From the NCBI RefSeq assembly GCF_009914755.1, contig NC_060927.1: a DNA stretch of 64,000 nt, one strand, 5' to 3'. Positions 39,298 through 55,085 of this stretch are shown one piece after another. How positions within the stretch are numbered: position 1 is the stretch's first letter; every line of letters begins with the position of its first letter. The position numbers were made by a program, and so were the translations under genes. The notes below the pieces were generated by a model. It worked only from the letters and a program-made list of their open reading frames with translations. It had not been told where the DNA came from and made no database searches. This stretch comes from the human T2T-CHM13v2.0 reference genome, Homo sapiens.

Positions 39298-39529
39298 GGA
39301 AGGTTTAATGTTCCCATGGAGCACAACTATTAATTTTTATAATTTATATCAGAGATTCTTAAACATTCTTTTTTTGGTCTTATTTTTTGTTACCACAGCA
39401 GAACAGATTTTAAACATTCTCGATTCAATTCTTCACGGCCACAGTCAAAAGAAATACTTAATAGCTCGCTTTAATAACTTACATAACTTTTATGTTCTAA
39501 CAAGTTAGAAGTGATTTGAAAAAAATCAT

Positions 39530-39940
39530 AGACTCCTGGCTTCACAAGGGAAGCTGCAGACCTTCCTGGTATTACAGCTCATGAACGCAGGGCAGACCCA
39601 AACAGTGCACAGCGGCAACACTTATCACGAACAGCAAAACAACAAACAGCTGTTTGCCCTGCTAGTTCAGGTGGCCTGCTTTTATTCCCTTATTTGGCCC
39701 CACCCACATGTTGCTGATAGGTCCATTTTACAGAGAGTTGATTGGTCCGTTTGATAGAGTGCTGATTGGCCCATTTTACAGAGTGCTGATTGGTCTGTTT
39801 TTACTGAGTGCTGATTGGTGTGTTTACAAACCTTTAGTTAGACACAGAGGACTGAGTGGTGCATTTACAATCCTTTAGCTAGACAGAAAAGTTCTCCAAG
39901 TCCCCACCCAATCCAGAAGCCCAGCTGGCTTCATGTCTCA
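39530..39940 (-). mobile_element. LTR12 (ERV9) fragment
   Basis: Repeated gtgctgattgg (CCAAT) units, gctagacagaaaagttctccaagtcccca, gaagctgcagacctt; 5' terminus TGAGA at 39940. Confidence 0.88.
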
Positions 39941-40878
<938 letters not shown>

Positions 40879-42083
40879 TTAATTGGTGGGGATCCTTTTT
40901 ATTAAAAAGAAATCTTGCTGGAGTTGTGTTGTAGTCAGAGCCCTCTTTGAGAAATCCTCCCAATGAAGTTAATCTTTCTCAAATTTGGTCACCAGCTGAG
41001 AAGCGATATTTGGAGTAAATGGGAGAGGGTTAATGGAAACTTTAGGTAAAAAAAGATTAAGTTGAAAACAGGCTATTGTCAGCTCAGCCACATGTGTTGT
41101 CTACACCTTATTGTGGATTTCAGATCAATAAGATCAGAAATCAGATTTTTAGTTTATCAAGGTGCAATAAATTAGAGAAGGTAGCTTTTATTTATAAACA
41201 TCTTATTGTGCCCAGGCAGTGTTAAAAAAGAGCCTTAAAAAACAATAACAAAAAACAGAGCCTGATAATAAATTCCAATATATTAACTCACAAGGGTTGT
41301 CAATTACTTGGGATATGTGATTTTCTCAAGACACTTTCTTAATAAACTACCAGATCACAAAGTGACAAATGTTTGGCTGCTTGGTAAGCATAGAATTAAA
41401 ATAATGGTAATTCTCCTTTCAAAGGTTAGTTCCATCAATGTTGGGTCCTGCTCCATGGTGCATATTTCTTGTCTAGTGAAAACTTGTATTAGGAATTAGA
41501 ATTAGGCTTCCTCCACTGCTGCGGGCTGACATCACATTGTTACATTCTTATTCTGGGTCTCCCCTTTTGCTAGAATCCTTGCATATTGCTACCCCATATC
41601 CACACTTTCCTTCTCTAATGGCAAATTACACAGAGTTCCAAACATGGATTGGGCACAGGAAGTTTAACAGTGGTGGTATGGCTCCTATAGAGTGAGTTTT
41701 AACACTGAAAATTGAATAAAACCCAGTCTCTTAATTAGGGAACACTATGTACATTATTATACAGGTCACCACTGGCCAGAACACAATTGTGACTGGGCCC
41801 TAGCAGAGCAGAGGGAGAGAGACGGAGATGTTGGGTGTGGAGCTTGGGAACACACAGAGGCTTTGTCTGAGTGGCTGGCAGCTCAGTTGGTATCATATTC
41901 CTCTGTTTACGATTGAATGCTGGAGAATGTGGTGCTAAAAATGTGTAAGATTGAGGTCAAAATCTTGTATGAGATAGGTTTACACTGAAAGAGAGGATTG
42001 AAGGGCAAATGAGGAACCATTTAGGAATATTTTCTTTCAGGTTTGATCAACCAGTCCATTATTATTTACTTTACAATAATTAA

Positions 42084-42233
<150 letters not shown>

Positions 42234-42605
42234 TAATTATTTATAAAACAAAACACTGATTTTTCATATATATCAGGAAAAATAGCATTGGCGTGAATCA
42301 GAAACTCTCTGGCCTATCTTCTGTCTTTCTACTTGAAAATCAACTTTTACAACACATATTTGATACATAATTTTGTTAAGTAAACAATAATTGTCTAATT
42401 GTGGATATGACTTGATGTATATTTAAGCTTTTAGGTGAAATATGGGAGATGTTCTTACCAGTGACATGCACATCTCCTTTCTAAGAAAATGTTCTTTTAT
42501 AAATAATTTACTCATTTATATTAATTTTCAGTAATCTCCCTAACAAAATGTTGGCTATTCCTTCTAACCTTTTTTATGGTTGACTTTCTCTCTGTGCTAA
42601 TATAA

Positions 42606-42938
<333 letters not shown>

Positions 42939-43099
42939 TGGGGTTTCTTTTCAGAGTGATGAACACGTTACAGAATTAGATGGTGGTAATGGCTCCACAC
43001 CCCTGTGAATATACTAAAAATTCTATACATTTTGCAGCTTAAAATGATGAGTTTTATGATCTATAAATTATATCTTGCTACAATTACTGTTCTTTGGTA

Positions 43100-45480
43100 A
43101 AAAGTGGCAGGTTAACTACATATGGTTATTTTATCTACTCTCCTTTCCAAAAAATTACTAAAATTATAGTAGTAAAATATTTGTAAAAGGTAAAGGATTA
43201 AAAAATATTTTCCTCCACAAAGGCAGTAGAGCATTTTAAAAACGACTTTAACTCCCAAAGAAAAGGAGACAACAAGATGAGAGATGATAACACAATTTTA
43301 GGAAAGTGGACGGAGGATGTAAACAGAGTGGAGGAAGTTTCAGTCTGAGTGCTTGCAGGAGCGATGCCTGAGAAAAAAGCACATCAAAAGTTATCTGTTA
43401 AAACGCTGAGGGTCTCTACACTTGGAGCATCCAGGTATAGTGGAAAGCAAGGATCAGGCATAGACAAGCCGCACACTCAGAATGGACTCTCAGGGTCATT
43501 GCACTAACTTGCTGTGGTCACTGGAAGTTTATTATGGAGAAATTTCCTGATTCAGGAACAGTGAGGAACACTCATGTGGGTCCCTCAGATCCCTTGTCTA
43601 CTTTGATCACAGAATATCAATAGCACGGTGTTAAAACTTCTGTATCTTCCCTGCCTCTATCAGGCTGAAAAATAGATTGCTTTTCTTTGAAGAAACTGAA
43701 TGACCCTATGGAAAAATCTCCAGCTACTTATATTTCTAGGTTCGTCATTGTAAAAGCCAACATGGGTACCCACTGCATTCTCCAGCAACAAACCCATCCT
43801 TGTACCTGGAGCCTCCAGTTATCTCTTGAATGGCTGACTATTAAGCAGTAATGGACAGTGCAAGATCGCCAGATAAAGAGGACAACTTTTGGTCAGAAGG
43901 GGAGAGATGGAAACAAATAACCAGGATGAAGAAACGTGGAGTAAGCAAACCGATTCAATGCAAGGAGCAAAACTAGGAGCAAAACTAACAAAGACACAAA
44001 CAAAACCAAAACCAAGCAACATCCCCCAGTGTAGTAGTTACTGTTTTCCTAGTTTGCTAGTTTACAGAAAATGCTATGTGCTTTGAGAAAAGAAAAGTCA
44101 GCAAACAAGAATGAAGTCTTGAAATTTAACAATATAATTGTCAAAATGAAGTATCAAATTCAAAAAGAGGGTTATAATAAATAAAATAAGAAAACTTCAT
44201 GAAAGGTAAAACAAGAAGTCAAAGAATTGGAAACTAGGAAAGAGAAGAATGAGTAACAATTTAGAAGATCAATTTAGATCATTCAAAAGCCAAATAACAG
44301 AAATTTCAGAAACAAGAAAGAGAATGGAGAAAAATGAATTAATAAAACCAGCAACAAAAAGGAAGAATTTTTAGAGTGGAATTTTGTGAATTTCCAGATG
44401 AAAATGCTCCACCAAGTGGGGATGAAGAAACATTCACTTTGAATGGTGAAGTTTCAGAACAACTGGGGTCAAAATAAGATCTTGAACATTTCCAGAGGCT
44501 TACAAAAAATCACAGAAAAAGCAGTGGGCATCTGAAAGGTCTGGAACTCCTCAAAAACAACACTGGAGGGGAAGATACAGAAAACCAATGTATCATCCAC
44601 ATTGTTTTTCTAAGGGAAAATACTTTTCAACTTAGAATTCTATACACAAACAGGCAATCAAGTGTGAGGGCAGAATAAAGGAGTTTTCAGGGACGCAAAC
44701 ACTTAGAAAAATTCACTTAATATATACTCTTTCTAGGAAAAGTATTGTAAGGCATGCTTCAGAAAAATGAGGGAGCAAACCAAAGATGAGGATGGCATGG
44801 GATCCAGGACAAGGTGATCTCTTTCCAGCAAAGCAATGAAGGGAAGAGCCAGGGCTGCGCCGGGTCTACAGAGCAACCAGCCTGAAATCTGAATGAGATG
44901 ACAGAGGATTACAGAAGACAATAGATGTGAAAGATCATTCAGTATATTGGAATGCTTAAAAATTATTAACAGATAGTTGACAGATCTGTTGGAATATTTG
45001 GAAAAAAGGATGTAGTGTAAAATTTAAAACTAAGCAGATTAAAATAAATGAATAAAATTAAAAATGGGGTGATTATTAACTCCAGGAACAAGAAATTTGT
45101 ACAAAGAAAGGAAACAATTGTAGTTAATCACAAGGTTCTGAAGGAAATAATATTTACATATTTATAATAATATAAATACTAACTACATTCAGTAGGTAAG
45201 GGAAAAGGGAGAGGAAAAAGTAGAATGTAAGAAAACTATACCCTTAAGAGGAAACCAATAACCTACCATAAATAGGTATATAAATGGCTATTTGTGTGAA
45301 TTATTTAGATATATGGAAATAAATAGAGAAAAGATAGCTAAGAAAAGGTTTAAAATGGTTGCCTCTGGTGGCTGGGATGTTGACTGGTGAGGCAGCATAA
45401 GGGACTATTGTTTTCCAACAGAAGCCTTTTAATATTATTATAACTTTGCACAAGTGTTATTTTGATAAATGTAGAAACCA
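43100..45480 (+). mobile_element. HAL1/old L1 fragments
   Basis: caacttagaattctatac..aatcaagtgtgagggcagaataaag..ttttcag, A-rich ORF1-like sequence. Confidence 0.6.
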
Positions 45481-45504
45481 ATTGAAATAGTACTTATTGT
45501 CACT

Positions 45505-46240
<736 letters not shown>

Positions 46241-47048
46241 CATGTGGGGATTGTCAATTGTAGCCAAAGTTTCTGTGGGAAAATCCTCTGTAGTGTTAGC
46301 AAGTTTCTTAATTGTGACTGTGAGTCCTGGGAGGTCTTGCTCTGTGTGGAACACAGGCTGCCATTCAAGAAGAGTGACACTGACTCAGACGTGGCCTCCC
46401 CAGTGGTTCTGGGAGTGAGGGTGCCACCGCACTAAGGGCAAACACTAACATTTAAGTAGAAATAGAAAAAGATGGCATTACAAGCATTTTGTGGAACCTC
46501 CATACTTTGGTTGTGTAAATTGTATATCACTCTATATATGGTGGAGTAGAAGATCAAAGATGGGACTTCCCCAAAATGTGTCATTAAGAACTTTTGTTGG
46601 AAAGATTTGAGAAGCAGAGGGTCTTTTAATAAAGATAGAGCTTTATAATATATCTACTAGATCTTGTATTTTTTAAATAGCCTGAATTAGTCTCCAGTTA
46701 TTTTGTGAATAGAAAACAAGTCCTTACAACTGCCACCCACCCCTGTTGGTAACCTTCTTTAGGGCCAGGGCCATAAGAGTGACATTGGTGCAGGACTCTG
46801 TGTGCCAGGCATTCTTTCCACCAGTGAACACATATTAACTGATTTAGTCCTCACTCAAATCCTTGAGGTGGGTCCTGTGATGATCCTAGTGTCAGTGCCT
46901 CCAGAGCTCAAGCTCTAAACCATCTTACCCTACTCCCCAGCCCTCAGTCACAGTCAGTACAACACAAGCAAAATACTGGCATCACAGTGGGAGTGAATCA
47001 ACCAGCATACGTCTATAACTCATTACTCAGAGAATGTTTAATTAACTA

Positions 47049-47370
<322 letters not shown>

Positions 47371-48364
47371 TGTTAGTGTACAAAGAGATTTATAGTCAAT
47401 GTTTGTAGTCTCACTGGATTACCTTTTCAAGGTTCCCTGGCTGATTCTTTACTGAGACAAGAGCCTAAAGAGAAACTTGGTGGTAATGTTGACATTTATA
47501 TTACACTGTCATGGAGGGGGCGCTGGGAATTCAAAAGGCAAGGCTGCTGTTGGTTGGATTGGTTTCAGAAGTAAGCTTTCATCTTTCAAATCATTAGTGG
47601 GTAGTTCTAGTTCTACATATATAAAATAAATAGCAGAAGCAGAGTTACAGGACCCATGGCATTTAACAGAGCACAGAAAGGTGTGGCCCCACATTTTAGG
47701 TTAGGAAAATTATAAGAAAATGCCGGTGTCTAAGACTGAAGCCAATAAAATGTTAATTGAATGAGATTTATCATTCGCAGAAACTGTTCAACATAAGAGA
47801 TGATTTATACGTGTTTTCATAAATGTGAATGCATAGGGTAATTGTCATGGAAACTTCCAAATTCAATGTTAGTTGTAACTAGACTGGATTAGACTCTTGC
47901 TAATCAAGTGTACAAGGGCATGCTTGTGTGAATTTTAGTTTTGGGGTGTATCTATGGGTATACATGAGTGTTTTAGGGAAGGAAGTGTGATCGGTATTTA
48001 ATCTACATGGAGTATAAAAACTCCTGGAATTTGTCAATGTGATTGCAGCTGTGTTCATGGCTTATGGGTATGGCTTGTGATGTGTGAGTGAGGTATGGGG
48101 TGCTGGGTGGGATGGCGCTGTGGTGGCATAGCATGTTGGTGGAAGGGTGTGTGGTTTGGTAGGGTGAGCTGGTGTGTGGTGTGGTTGGACCTGGCATGGA
48201 ACTTAACTGGAGTTTATGTGGAATGAACCTTGAGGGGTGAGTTTTCACATGGGGTGTTGATTATGTGGGAGGTGGGAGGCTGGAATATGTGAATGTTGGG
48301 GGGCTGTAGAGTGAATGTGGGGTGCGTGTGTATGTGTGTGTGAGATATGGTTATAGCTTAGCTT

Positions 48365-48532
48365 AGCTTTTGTTTAGATTTTCTTTTGCTCTTTGTTTTT
48401 GTCTTTGGCCTTTGTTTTATCTTTGTTTCGCTCTTTGTTTAAACTTTCTTTGGCTTTTGTTTGGTCTTTCTTTAGCCTTTTGTTTAAACTTTGTGTGGCC
48501 TTTTTGTAGTCTTTGTGTAGCTTTTGTTTTTA
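48365..48532 (+). repeat. Degenerate tandem array (4 x about 44 bp, built from about 11 bp subunits) of TTTGT/CTTTGT motifs in the MOBP proximal promoter
   Basis: 6 CTTTGT, 6 TTTTGT and 3 TTTCTTT cores on one strand; GTTTAAAC at 48437 and 48482. Confidence 0.9.
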
Positions 48533-48602
48533 AGTGGATCTTCGCTGAGGACTCATCAAAAACACCTTGTGTAATGAAAAACCCAGATCTATAACCTCTC
48601 CC

Positions 48603-48610
48603 TATATATT
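48603..48610 (+). promoter_or_regulatory. MOBP: TATA box of MOBP
   Basis: cc TATATATT ctg, about 30 nt upstream of the inferred start of a short first exon ending in a strong donor. Confidence 0.7.
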
Positions 48611-48632
48611 CTGCATGCATTGAAGTAGGCTC

Positions 48633-48693
48633 AAACCCTCAGGGACCTGGTATAGACGCAGAATCTGTTTCACACAACAACTGCTATTTGAAG
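48633..48693 (+). other. MOBP: MOBP exon 1 (5' UTR, non-coding); start approximate
   Basis: Ends ..CTGCTATTTGAAG|GTAAGA (consensus donor); matches my recollection of the MOBP mRNA leader. Confidence 0.8.
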
Positions 48694-49604
48694 GTAAGAG
48701 GATTCCATTGGTTTTTATTTTACTTCATTTTATACTTTCATCTTTAAATGACAAGTGTACTTTTTTGTATGGGCCATTTCATTATATCCCAGGGAAAACT
48801 TTCTGTAAGAATAGTCAAGATTGAGAGGACATACAAGGATGGAGAAAACAAGAACAGAGGACACCATGTTTATTCTGATGTGGGCAGGGGGCCTCCTGGA
48901 ATGTTCCTGCTAATGTTTGGAAATCGTCTGAGCCCAGAGAGAGGCTCTGAGCCCTTACTCAGATTTCCTCAGATTCAAAGCCCCATGTTCCTGGAGCTAG
49001 ATGGATGGTAGTACATGCTGCTGCTGCTGCTGCTTTTTTTTTTTTAATTTATTTCTTCTTTTATTATTTGTCATGATTTAAAAATGAGTTTTTCTTCTTA
49101 TCTAGGAACAATTTTTTTCCTCATACAGTTGGATTTATGTGTGGGGGATCTTAATGGAACAACAAAGCCCAAATCTTTTCGGAATTCTGCCCCCTGTAGA
49201 CCAACAACCTTAAATGGAAAGGCGCTAATGCTTTGTCTGATACAGAATATCTTAGAAACAACAGGGAGTTTTCAGTTCTATGGATGACAGAGAAAGGAAA
49301 AAATATTATGTGTCAGGGAGGCGAGTAATGAACTTGGCCTACAGTACTAGCAGGAAAACGGGGAAAGGACTTTTTAATTCTTTGTGAATAAATCAGGGAG
49401 GCAGAGAGCAGGCTGCTGCCAGGTGTGCGGATATGCTGTTTCGTATTTAGAATGACAGGAAACTTGTTGGTGAGTGAGTTTTAAAAATTGTTTCAGATTT
49501 TCAGAAAAGTTGCAAACAATACAGAAAATTTCAGGTGCAGCCAAATTACCCAGATGTTCCTGTTTTACCATATTTCCTTTATCATTCTCTTTCTCTCTCT
49601 CTGT

Positions 49605-50245
49605 ATCCATACATATGGGTGTATATATAAAAATATGTGTGTGTATATACATATATACATATGTGTGTGTATATACATATATACATATGTGTGTGTATAT
49701 ATACATATATACATGTGTGTGTATATATACATATATACATGTGTGTGTATATATACATATGTGTGTGTATACATATTACATATGTGTGTATATATACATA
49801 TATACATGAGTGTGTATATATACATATATACATATGTGTGTGTATATATACATATATACATATGAGTGTGTATATATACATATATACATTGTGTGTATAT
49901 ATACATATATACATATGTGTGTGTATATATACATATATACATATGTGTGTGTATATATACATATATACATATGTGTGTATATATATACATATATACATAT
50001 GTGTGTGTATATACATATATACATATGTGTGTGTGTATATACATATATACATATGTGTGTGTATATATACATATATACATATGTGTGTGTATATACATAT
50101 ATACATATGTGTGTGTGTATACATATATACATGTGTGTGTGTGTATATACATATATACATATGTGTGTGTATATATACATATATGTGTGTGTATATGTAT
50201 AGATATATATACATATGTGTGTATATGTATATATACACATATTTA
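49605..50245. repeat. Alternating purine-pyrimidine minisatellite, unit about 26-28 bp (GTATATATACATATATACATATGTGTGT)
   Basis: Directly visible; lies in an old L1MC 3' remnant. Confidence 0.97.
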
Positions 50246-50256
50246 TATCTAATTAA

Positions 50257-50374
50257 TTTTAATTAAAATTTATTTTAATTGGAATTAACTAAAATTTATT
50301 TTAATTGGAATTAATTAAAATTTATTTTAATTGGAATTAATTAAAATTTATTTTAATTGGAATTAATTAAAATT
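50257..50374. repeat. AT-rich 26 bp tandem repeat, about 4.5 copies (AATTAATTAAAATTTATTTTAATTGG)
   Basis: GG anchors at 50281, 50307, 50333, 50359. Confidence 0.95.
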
Positions 50375-52060
50375 AGAAAATTACTATTGAGAAAATACTG
50401 TTTTTAAATCTAGAGATATCTAGATTTCATCAATTGTCCAAGGAGCGAATTGAGAACCATGCATGACCTTTTGTTGTCCTGTCCCCTCAGCCTCCTTTAG
50501 TCTGGAACCACACCTGAGGCAGCTTTGACCTAGACAGTTTTGGAGAGTATAAGCCAGTTATTTTGCTAAATGTCCCTCAATATGGGTTTGGTCTGCAGTT
50601 TTCTCACAATTATGCAGTTTTCAAAGGAATAGGCTTGCATTTTAGATCATACATATCCAAATTCATACTTGAATCTGAGTATACAATTTTTAAATTCAAG
50701 ATCTTGTTTACCTAATAGTTACTAGGATTTTAAATGAGTACCTAAAATCTTTGTACACCAAATTGCCAAAAATTAAAAATCTAGAGCTTTTACAGATAAT
50801 TTCCAAGGAATCACCAAAAGTGTGTAAGTATTGCCCTTGGATTATAAATAGCAATTACAGTGACCTGTATGTGATCTTATAGGCTTAAAGTGAGGTATTC
50901 AATTTAGATTCTTTGTGTGTGTTGGAGTCATGTCTACTGCTCTCTGAGTATTAGTTTCATAAATATAATAATTCCTTTCTAAGTGCAACCATCTGCTGAA
51001 AGCAGATACAACTCAATAGAGTTTCCCTGGGTAGCCACTCCAGGCTGGCTGGCATCCTTTCGCGGGTTGACGGGGACGTCTGCCCTAGTGGAGGAGGCGG
51101 ACCTCTGGCAACGCTGCAAAAAGTCTCCTGATCAAAAGTGTTTCCTACATGTTCTAGTACTCACACCTCAGCACTGAACTACAGACCACACCCATATTGA
51201 GGGACAACTAGCAAAATAACTGGCCAAAACTGTTAAAAACTGTCCCCTTATGGGGACAGGAATCAAAACTCTGAGATCCTTCAGCTGTACCAGACATTCG
51301 TAAAACAAGTCTTCTCAACAAAATCTGTGAGGTAGGAACTATCATTCACATTTTACAGAGAAGAAAATTGAGATCCAGAGACTAGCCTATGATTACACAC
51401 AGCTAGTGAATGACAGAGCCTGGAACTCAAGTATGATATAAGCCTATTGAATTTATGGATGAGATGCATTATTCTTTTTTACTAATACATCACACACTTT
51501 ACTTTAAAGTTACAAAAATTTAAGTTAAAAAGATGAGCTGAAAATGAACTAAGCAATATTTTAAAATAATTTTTATTAATGGTATAAAATTATTTGTACT
51601 CACTAAAAATATCAGTTGTATTTTTAATGAGAGTAATTGAGTTCAATGTCAAATTTAGTTTTTCCTCCTCTTTGTTAATTTAATAAAAAGATCTTCCTAG
51701 TAGTAGGGGCAGAGTTAGCTCTGCCTATTAAAAAATTAATTTGGGCTTATATTACTACCAGTATGATCTTAAAAGTCTTAAGTTATTCACTAGTTCCTTA
51801 TGAAAGAATAAGTTCAGCTAAAACAGCTAAAAACCAGAAGATATAATCAACAAATCCACTCACCAGGCTCAATCTTCAATAATTTTCAGTATACTGAGAG
51901 CAAAGGGACAAGTGAAGGCACCCAGATGACCATCCATTGTTCAGGGCGTGGCTAGCTAACTTGTGCTGAATGAGGGTGGCAGGATCAACCCATGCATTAA
52001 ATGTTAAATGTAACAATCTCATTTTTATCTTTGTAGATAACACATATGAAAAGAAAAGTC

Positions 52061-52335
<275 letters not shown>

Positions 52336-53571
52336 CGTGAGCCACTGCACCCAGCAAAAGAAAAGTCTTATACCTCATCTTTCTGAACCTCAGTGAAACA
52401 TCTTGGGAACTCCCATGGGTAGGCACATCTGCTTTGGAGACCACTGGGCTGACCCTTCCACCTTAACAATTCAATTACACCAGGATATGATGGGCTGACA
52501 CCAAACTCCTCTTGGTATTTCAGTCTCTGTCAACCCCAAGTCTGGAACGTCTCCATTCCAAGTTCTTTTCCAGCTCCTCCTCTGGCATGAGGCATGAGTC
52601 CTTTCCCAGCTCCTCTTCTGGCATGCCGGCATGCCCCTCCTGCACTTGTTTCCATTCAGCTCTGCATTACCTGCTACAATGGCCCAGTGGCCACATCCAG
52701 AGAGCTAGTAATTACGCATAGAAGGAATCTAACATGTACTGAGATATAGACACCACAGCGCTCCCAAGAAGCAACAGGTGTGTGGAGGCATTGACTCAGC
52801 TACCAGATCCACCACCTCTGCAAGCGCAGAGCAGAGTTCATTTCTCCACACAATGTTTGCACGCAGGTGGATGAGGGCTTCTGGTGTCTTCAAGTCCAAA
52901 GGGTTTTCTATAACTACTATAGAGAACCTTGTGGTGGTTTCCTCAGAATCACCAAGGTTAACTTCAAGTCCCTACCCCTTGGGTGCCTGGTAGAGACAGA
53001 ACTCTCATTTCCTTTGTAAGTAAGAGAACCTCTGTTTGGAAGTGGCTGGCAGTTTTATCATTGTGGAGATAGAGGCTTTGACTTCCCAGCAGACTTCCTT
53101 TACTTTGAGAAGATTACTAAAATGAATTCCTTAGATTAACAAATATAAAATATCCATTTTTTTGTTTTTGTTTTCATTTTTTGCAGAGAAAACACTGAAG
53201 TCACAAAAAACTTAAATGCAGGGCAGTTGGTTAACCTATTGTATGATCTTTGTAGTACAGTGAACATATTGTGGCTTTAATAGTACTGTTCCCTGGATGA
53301 CATAGATTAACTTTTTTCTCCTAAATATCGAATTAGGTTAAAATTTTGGGGTTCTGTACATAGTGCTATTTAATATTGAGGAACTCAACTACTGGGAAAA
53401 TGTAGCATTAGCTATTATGACTGTTTCATCTGGGCCGTAAAAGTCACTCTGTAGTTTGATAAAGTGTTTTCTACTTAAAAGACTACTCGAAGGATATTCC
53501 CATGATGGACCATCCTGGAGTGAAAAATGAGGGCCCCCTTCTCTCACTCAGCCAAAAAATTGGGCGCCACT

Positions 53572-53885
53572 GGCCAGGCATGGTGGCTCATGCCTGTAAT
53601 CCTAGCACTTTGGGAGGCTGAGGCAGGCAGATCACTTGAGCTCAGGAGTTTAAGACCAGCCTGGGCAACATGGGGGGACCCCATCTCCACAAAAAATACA
53701 AAAATTAACCAAGCGTGGTGGTGCGTGCCTACAGTTCCAGCTACTTAGGAGGCTGAGGCTTGAGGATCATTTAAGCCTGGGAGGTCAAGGCAGTATGAAG
53801 ACATATTCGTGCCATTGCACTCGAGCCTGGGTGACTGTCTCGAAAAGAAGACTGGGACTCTTGTCTCAAAAAGGAAAAAAAAATA
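53572..53885 (+). mobile_element. AluJ
   Basis: Diverged full dimer. Confidence 0.92.
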
Positions 53886-54164
53886 ATTGGGGGCCAGGAC
53901 ATGGAAGGGTTGGGAGGCCAGAGAGTCTTGTGGATAGGGGTTAAGCTGCTTTCCACAACCTGGAAATCTGCGGGGCTGGACTGGGCCCCTGGGATTAGAT
54001 CCCATCATGTGTGCTCCAAGAGTGACTTCTTATAATAACTGTGCAGGCCACTCTGGCTTCTGTTGCTTCTGTCACCCTTAAAGCATTAGGTAAATACCTG
54101 GTGTCAGCTGTGCTCTGGGTGGTTAAGGAATCTTCGTTTTAAAAGGTACTTCTGATTTTATTTT

Positions 54165-54700
54165 TGTTCAGGTATGGTGAGGCCAACCAGATCAGGAGAT
54201 AGTTGCCATTGAAAAGACAGTGTTTTACCCATCACTCCCAGGAGGAGGGGGAACATGGGGAAGGGCCACCTGGCCACATGGGGAAGCGCTAAGGTCTTAG
54301 GTCAGGAGTCAGAAGGAGTGAGGGTGAAAAAGCATGGGTGAGAGCCTTTATTGTGGTTTTTGTTGGGAGAAATGGTCTAGGCAGAGTAAGCAGGAGAGGC
54401 GTGCTTAAGATTGGCTAGTTTGAATAATTTCATGGGGCTCTGAGGCGTAGGAGCTGTCTGGTATCTGGTCCTGGAGGGATAAGGGCAGAAGAATATTAGT
54501 TCAACTTGTAAGAGCTCAATAAAGGAGGTAGTTGGTGAATTTGGGTTCTGGATTGGTTGATTTGCATATAAATGGCAGCTCACAGGGGAGGCAATTGCTA
54601 TCTCTAGGAATCAGCTAGCCCTGGGAGGGGCAGCGTCTCCAGGGTCAGCAATGCCCCAGATGCCAGAGCATCAAGAAAGAATACAGAAAATAAGATCATT
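54165..54700 (-). mobile_element. ERVL-class LTR (MER54/74/77-like)
   Basis: gccaaccagatcaggagat..gccattgaaaaga..gagcctttattgtggttt..gattggttgatttgcatat; subfamily uncertain. Confidence 0.65.
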
Positions 54701-55085
54701 TCCCACAGAATATATGTATCAAAACATCACACACTGTACACCATAAAAACAAAGGAAAAGCAGCACAGGAAGCTATAAGGTTGTGTAATAAGGGTGCTTG
54801 AGAGTTAAACTAGACTGGCTAAGAAAGTTTTCCCTGAGGGAGGCATATTTGACTTGAAATCTTGTATTCTTGGGCAGGTGTTACACAAGTAAAGTGAGCT
54901 GGGGAGGTATTTCTGGAAATACCAGTCCAAGGTAGAAGGAACCATAGCGCATTGAGACAATTGAATATGGTTGAAACACAGAGAGACAGGAGCTAAATAT
55001 GTTTTTTAGCTCTATTTTTAGCTCTATTTTTCTTCACTTGGCTGGTTTTCTGAATGCTCCAAACAAGGGATTTGAGAGTTCCTAC

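Noticed and set aside
48370-48620. K/Q/R-rich (-) and F/L/C-rich (+) ORFs over the promoter array
   Set aside because: Composition follows from the T-tract repeat; it is not the MOBP CDS and has no coding signature
49374-50266. Many long overlapping ORFs (Y/I/H/T/C/V-rich)
   Set aside because: Artefact of a stop-free TA/TG minisatellite
48365-50374. Repeat arrays considered as CRISPR-like
   Set aside because: No constant repeat with unique spacers, eukaryotic context, no cas genes
51061-51115. Small CpG cluster with CCACTAGGGCAG on the minus strand
   Set aside because: Two bases short of the CTCF core spacing and too small for a CpG island
52567-52637. 2 x 35 bp repeat with GGCATGCCGGCATGCC resembling a p53 element
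   Set aside because: CATG cores are 8 bp apart rather than 10; not a canonical site
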